A stretch of 64,000 nucleotides of DNA from an uncultured Verrucomicrobiae bacterium. GTDB lineage: Bacteria > Verrucomicrobiota > Verrucomicrobiia > Limisphaerales > Palsa-1400. Below the pieces are notes generated by a model. The model searched no databases. It was not told where the DNA came from and worked only from the letters and a program-made list of their open reading frames with translations. Both the position numbers and the translations under genes were made by a program. Positions 59,646-64,000 of the stretch are shown here, piece after piece. Each line of letters starts with the position of its first letter. The stretch's first letter is position 1. The stretch is from NCBI GenBank assembly GCA_963707025.1, contig CAVPOM010000013.1:32001-96000 (forward strand). The letters run 5' to 3'.

Positions 59646-59906
59646 ATGACACATAATTTAACAGTGCTCTCCGTTAAACTTCCGCTCTCGGACGTGCGCC
59701 GGATTCCGGGGAATCGGAGCGCGTTTGTCCGCCAAGCGGTGGCCGAAAAGCTGGCGCGTCAGGCCGCCCCCGCGTGGCAACCGAAAACGTCCACCGGACG
59801 GAAATTGCTGGAACTTCGCAATCAGTTTCTGGCGCAGGGCGGCGAACTGCTGGACGCCGACGGCATCGCTGAAGAGCTGCGCCGCCGGCGCGGAGGGGTG
59901 GCGTGA
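59646..59906 (+). CDS. Putative antitoxin (VapB-like, RHH)
   Basis: VLSVKLP...NRSAFVRQAVAEKL; GTGA overlap with the PIN gene. Confidence 0.75.
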   Translation: MTHNLTVLSVKLPLSDVRRIPGNRSAFVRQAVAEKLARQAAPAWQPKTSTGRKLLELRNQFLAQGGELLDADGIAEELRRRRGGVA

Positions 59907-60307
59907 GGACATTTCTGGATTCCGGGGTTTTGCTGACAGCCTGGCGCGGCAGGGATGCCGAAGCGGCGCTGGCCGTGATGGAAGATCCGCAGCGCGAGTT
60001 CTGTACTTCGCAGATGGTCAAGTTGGAATTGTTGCCCAAGCCGGCGTTCTTCAAGCAGAAGGCCGAGGTGGCGTTCTATCAAACCCATTTCCGCGCAGCC
60101 AAGGGCGAGGAGCCGTTGAGCCTGGAACTGGGCGAAAAGGCAGAGGAGTTGGCGCGCCAACACGGCCTTGCCGCGATGGATGCGTTGCATCTGGCGGCGG
60201 CAATCCGACAAGGCGCGGACGAGTTCATCACCGCAGAGAGGCCGGGCAAACCGATGTTCCGTGTGCGTGGCATCTTGGTAAAGTCTATTCACACACAGCC
60301 GGTTTAA
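59903..60307 (+). CDS. vapC: PIN-domain (VapC) toxin
   Basis: TFLDSGVL, LEL, MDALHLAAA and FITAE. Confidence 0.88.
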   Translation: MRTFLDSGVLLTAWRGRDAEAALAVMEDPQREFCTSQMVKLELLPKPAFFKQKAEVAFYQTHFRAAKGEEPLSLELGEKAEELARQHGLAAMDALHLAAAIRQGADEFITAERPGKPMFRVRGILVKSIHTQPV

Positions 60308-60375
60308 GACTCTTTGGCGGACTTTAGGACAAATTCAAGCTGGCGGGCAAGAAGGGGCCGGGGCAGGATGAGGCC

Positions 60376-60759
60376 ATGCGGCTTGAACATTGCGCCTTGC
60401 AGGTTCCCGACGCGCCGGCCCTGGCGGATTGGTATGTCAAACATCTCGGCTGCTCGGTGGCGCGGGTGGGCGGCGCGCCGGCCTTCGTCCGTTTCCTCGC
60501 GGCTGGCCCGGTGCTGGTTGAAATCTACCAAGGCTCGGTCGCGCCGACACCGGGTTATCCGTCCAGACATCCTTCCCAATTTCACCTGGCGTTTGTTTCG
60601 GAGAATCTCAAGGCGGATCGCGACCGCTTGCTGGCGGCTGGCGCCACCCTGGCCGAGGATTACTTCACCAACCCGGCCGGAGATGAATTGCTGATGCTGC
60701 GCGATCCCTGGGGCATCGGATTGCAGTTGGTCAAACGCGCCAAACCAATGCTGGCGTGA
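60376..60759 (+). CDS. VOC / glyoxalase family protein
   Basis: LEHCALQV, VEIY, HLAF and LRDPWGIGLQL. Confidence 0.85.
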   Translation: MRLEHCALQVPDAPALADWYVKHLGCSVARVGGAPAFVRFLAAGPVLVEIYQGSVAPTPGYPSRHPSQFHLAFVSENLKADRDRLLAAGATLAEDYFTNPAGDELLMLRDPWGIGLQLVKRAKPMLA

Positions 60760-61109
60760 TGGTGCCAAGGCAGCCTGCCGGCCGCGCCAGATAAGTTCTA
60801 ACATATTCGTATCAAGGACGTTGCAAGAGTTGGCTGAGGCCGGGAAGCACCGGGATTGTGCCAATTCATGACCCACGGCGGCGCCTGAAGCCTCAAATTG
60901 GGGAGGCGTGGAAGGATTTGTAACGCTTCCGTCTTGGTTGGCAGAGGGCATTTCCGGGGGGGGGGACCGCGGCAGACAGCGGAGTGCCCCCTGCCTTTCG
61001 CCGACCGGGCCAAAACTGGGGAGGTTACAAATATTTTCACTTTTTTGTTGCCAAAAGACCGGGAAGCAGGCATATTTTGGTTAAGAAAGCCCGAATAGAC
61101 CTCTTGTAT

Positions 61110-61883
61110 ATGCCGTTAGCCCTACGTCGGACGGACCGAAGGCGAACAAGTTCGGCAGGTTTCACCCTGCTGGAATTGCTGGTGGTTATCTGCATTGCGG
61201 GGGTGCTGATGGCGCTGCTTCTTCCAGCCCTTTCCCAGGCCAAGGAAAAATCCAGGCGCAGTGTCTGCAATCAAAACATACGTCAAGTCATTATGGCACT
61301 GACCATGTACGGTCAGGACGACCCCTATTGGCGTCTGCCCCCAGCCACGGACAACAAGGGCGACTACCATTCGATTCGGCTTCCGAGTGTTACGTTTTCA
61401 AATTTAGTGGAACCCTACTTGAGTGGTGAGAGCAACAATCTTTATTGCCCCAACCTTGTGTATGACACCGGTACGATGGGCGGGTATGATCCCGTCACGG
61501 ATACATTTACCATCGGATACAGTTATTTGGCTGTGGAAAACAACACGGCAGGGCCGAAAGGCCCGAGTCTAACCTGGGAAGGACCGGTAAAAGCAACCGA
61601 TAACAAGGAAGTCCTGGCCGATGCCAATTATTGGAGCACGGCTGACAGCCAAGCCATGACCCTTGCGCCGCATACTTTAAGCGGCTCCCTCGTCGCCCGC
61701 GCAGCCATCCTCCCCACCAGTTCCTCCGCTTCGACCTCACCCGCGGCTGGCTGCCCCAGTGCGGCGATGGGCGCAATGGGCGGCAATATCGGTTCCCTTA
61801 ATGGCTCGGTCATCTGGCGGCCGATTCGTGCGATGGCTCAATACCCGGCCTCCACCGATGGCACCGCCTTGGGGAACTGGTAG
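61110..61883 (+). CDS. Prepilin-type N-terminal cleavage/methylation domain protein
   Basis: GFTLLELLVVICIAGVLMALLLPALSQAKEK...C.QNIRQ; C-terminal GGNIGSLNGSVIW. Confidence 0.85.
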   Translation: MPLALRRTDRRRTSSAGFTLLELLVVICIAGVLMALLLPALSQAKEKSRRSVCNQNIRQVIMALTMYGQDDPYWRLPPATDNKGDYHSIRLPSVTFSNLVEPYLSGESNNLYCPNLVYDTGTMGGYDPVTDTFTIGYSYLAVENNTAGPKGPSLTWEGPVKATDNKEVLADANYWSTADSQAMTLAPHTLSGSLVARAAILPTSSSASTSPAAGCPSAAMGAMGGNIGSLNGSVIWRPIRAMAQYPASTDGTALGNW

Positions 61884-62351
61884 TCAGACGGCAAACAATT
61901 CTGCCACCGTCATGGTCAGCCCCGGCAGAAGCCCTTCCTGAAGAATTTCCTTTCCGGCCAGAATGCCCTTCAGTGCCAGGCCGTGCGGGGTGCCATGGTA
62001 CATCTCCACATTATCGTAGCGCGGATCCACCATCCAAACCCGCGGGACCTTGAAATCTTCGTAAACCCCCTTCTTGAGCACCGTATCGGGCCGGTGATCG
62101 GCCGAATCAATGATTTCCACCACCAGCCAAACCTTGCCCGTGGCGGCGGTGACCAGGGCCAAGTCGGGCCGGACCATGGTGCGCGGGGAAAGCGGGACCG
62201 CGTTGCGGGGACTGAGGAGGCGCGCGGCCGCATTGCCGGCCAGGACCGCCGCCACCCGCTGATGCAGCAGGGCGCAGATCCGTTCATGGCGCGCCCCGGG
62301 AAAGGAACGCACCAGGGTTCTGCCTTCGATGATTTCTTCGTATTGACTCAT
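61884..62351 (-). CDS. Uma2 family (PD-D/ExK) endonuclease
   Basis: EIIEG, H..I, VRPDL, LVVEII, K..VY and WMVDP. Confidence 0.8.
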   Translation of the reverse strand: MSQYEEIIEGRTLVRSFPGARHERICALLHQRVAAVLAGNAAARLLSPRNAVPLSPRTMVRPDLALVTAATGKVWLVVEIIDSADHRPDTVLKKGVYEDFKVPRVWMVDPRYDNVEMYHGTPHGLALKGILAGKEILQEGLLPGLTMTVAELFAV

Positions 62352-62411
62352 CGGTGTTCGGCCGGGTTCCGGCCTCCGCCGGGAAAGGTATCAGCCCGGA
62401 AAACGGCCTTT

Positions 62412-64000
62412 TTATCGCAACCGGCCCCGTAAATATCTTCCCGTCTGCGACCTGCGCACTCGCGCCACCCTTTCGGGAGGCCCCTCCGCCACAACCCTCC
62501 CTCCAGAGTCGCCGCCGCCCGGCCCAAGATCAATGATCCAATCCGCCTCTGCGATCAAGTCCAGATTGTGTTCGATCACGATCACCGTATGGCCCGCCTG
62601 CACCAGCCGCTGCAAGGCCTGGGCCAGCCGCTCCACGTCGGCCATGTGCAATCCGATGGTCGGCTCCTCCAGCAGGAAAAGGCAGGAAGCCTGTTCCGCC
62701 CCCTGGGGTGCGGGCCGGGCGCCCGCCCCGTCCGGCGCGCGCAACCCGGCCAGCAAATGGGCCACCAGCTTGAGCCGTTGCGCCTCCCCGCCGCTGAGCG
62801 TCGGGCTGGCCTGGCCGAGTTTGATGTAATCCAGGCCCGTGTCGCACAGGGCCTGCAACGGGCGGGCGATTTTGGCAAACGGCGCGAAAAACTGCGCGGC
62901 CCGCGCCACTGTCAAATCGAGCGTTTGCGCGATGTTCCGGCCCCGGAACTGAACCTCGAGGGTTTCCGGGTTGAAGCGGGTGCCATGGCAGGTTTCGCAC
63001 GGGACAAAGGCCGGCGGCATGAAACTCATTTCCAGTTTGATCTGGCCGGCGCCGAGGCATCCCGGACACCGCCCCTGCGGGCTGTTGAAGGAAAAGCGGC
63101 TGGCCGAATAACCGCGCAGGCGCGCTTCCGGCGTTTGCGCAAACAACCGCCGGATTTCGTCGAAGAAACCCGCGTAGGTGGCCGGCACCGACCGCGGGGT
63201 CCGCCCAATGGGGGATTGATCCACTTCATAAACGGCCCGCACCGCCGCGGCGCCGGAGACGGCCAGGCCCGGCGCGGACTGGCCGACGGGCCGGTTGCGC
63301 CGGCGCAATTGCTGGCGCAGCGCCGGGAGCAGGCAGTCGCGCAGCAGCGTGCTCTTGCCCGAGCCGCTCACGCCGGTCAGGCAGATAAACCGGCGCAGGG
63401 GAAAGGCCACCGCCAGGTCTTTTAAATTGTTCGCTTTGGCCCCCCGCAGCCAGAGCCGCGGCGTGCGCCCATCCACCGGGCGGCGCCGGCCTCCGGCGGG
63501 ATAAGACTTGCGAGAGCGCAGGCAGCGGGCCGTGACGGAATCCTGGTGTTTCATCAGCGCCCGCAGGGGGCCGCACGCCACCACCCCGCCGCCGTTGACC
63601 CCCGCGCCCGGGCCAAGGTCAATAATATAATCGGCCCGCCGCATGGTCTCCTCGTCATGCTCCACCACCAGCAAGGAGTTGCCCCGGGCCTTGAGCAGGG
63701 CCAGGGTGGCCAGCAACTTCTCGTTGTCGGCGGCGTGCAGGCCGATGGTCGGCTCATCCAAAATGTACAGCACGCCGCTCAGATTGGAGCCGAGCTGGGC
63801 GGCCAGGCGGATGCGTTGGGCTTCGCCGCCCGACAGGGTGGTCGCGCCGCGGCCCAGTTGCAGATAACCCAGGCCCACCCTCCGCAGAAATTGCAGCCGC
63901 CCGGCTATTTCCGGCAAAATATCGCGGGCGATTTCCGCCGCGCGCCCGGCAAAACCAACCCCGCCCAGCCAGGCCAGCGCCCCGTCCACCGTGGCGTTGC
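62412..64000 (-). CDS. uvrA: Excinuclease ABC subunit A (5' part outside the window)
   Basis: LSGGEAQRIRLA, DEPTIGLH, GVSGSGKS, DQSPIGRTPRS, CPGC..CETC and second LSGGEAQR. Confidence 0.95.
   Translation of the reverse strand, partial: NATVDGALAWLGGVGFAGRAAEIARDILPEIAGRLQFLRRVGLGYLQLGRGATTLSGGEAQRIRLAAQLGSNLSGVLYILDEPTIGLHAADNEKLLATLALLKARGNSLLVVEHDEETMRRADYIIDLGPGAGVNGGGVVACGPLRALMKHQDSVTARCLRSRKSYPAGGRRRPVDGRTPRLWLRGAKANNLKDLAVAFPLRRFICLTGVSGSGKSTLLRDCLLPALRQQLRRRNRPVGQSAPGLAVSGAAAVRAVYEVDQSPIGRTPRSVPATYAGFFDEIRRLFAQTPEARLRGYSASRFSFNSPQGRCPGCLGAGQIKLEMSFMPPAFVPCETCHGTRFNPETLEVQFRGRNIAQTLDLTVARAAQFFAPFAKIARPLQALCDTGLDYIKLGQASPTLSGGEAQRLKLVAHLLAGLRAPDGAGARPAPQGAEQASCLFLLEEPTIGLHMADVERLAQALQRLVQAGHTVIVIEHNLDLIAEADWIIDLGPGGGDSGGRVVAEGPPERVARVRRSQTGRYLRGRLR

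Noticed and set aside
60956..60965. G10 tract upstream of the prepilin gene as a phase-variation switch
   Set aside because: It lies ~145 bp upstream with no clear promoter boxes around it, and homopolymer length is unreliable in this assembly
1..64000. tRNA, rRNA or CRISPR arrays
   Set aside because: No cloverleaf/T-loop signatures, rRNA-like tracts or repeat-spacer arrays were seen by eye

Overview
GC-rich bacterial chromosomal segment, most likely Verrucomicrobiota (Pedosphaera/Limisphaerales-like). This is inferred from the gene families present: prepilin-N/H-X9-DG proteins, Verrucomicrobia-style C-terminal surface module, PQQ-propeller and S74-chaperone fibre proteins. The housekeeping backbone is gltA-sucC-sucD, mnmE, a murK-like/murQ fusion, ftsB-like, rpsB-tsf-pyrH-frr, fliA-motA-motB, uvrD/pcrA, lspA-rluD, ybbA/tesA and a partial uvrA. 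It is densely interrupted by accessory DNA: two tandem fibre/adhesin paralogs with S74 chaperone domains, an IS4 element inserted into a copy of itself (both 9-bp target duplications visible), a complete group II intron whose EBS1 matches a locally repeated GTCAAAC motif, a DUF3800 gene followed by a structured non-coding element, four recognisable and two putative toxin-antitoxin-like pairs, a mini-island that duplicated the uvrD 3' end, REP/REPIN-like palindromes and a family of degenerate 25-bp symmetric sites. Many single-base frameshifts (about 8 in sucC/sucD alone) suggest long-read indel errors, so frameshift-based pseudogene calls are tentative. No rRNA, tRNA or CRISPR array was seen. 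All family assignments come from motif recognition, not database searches.
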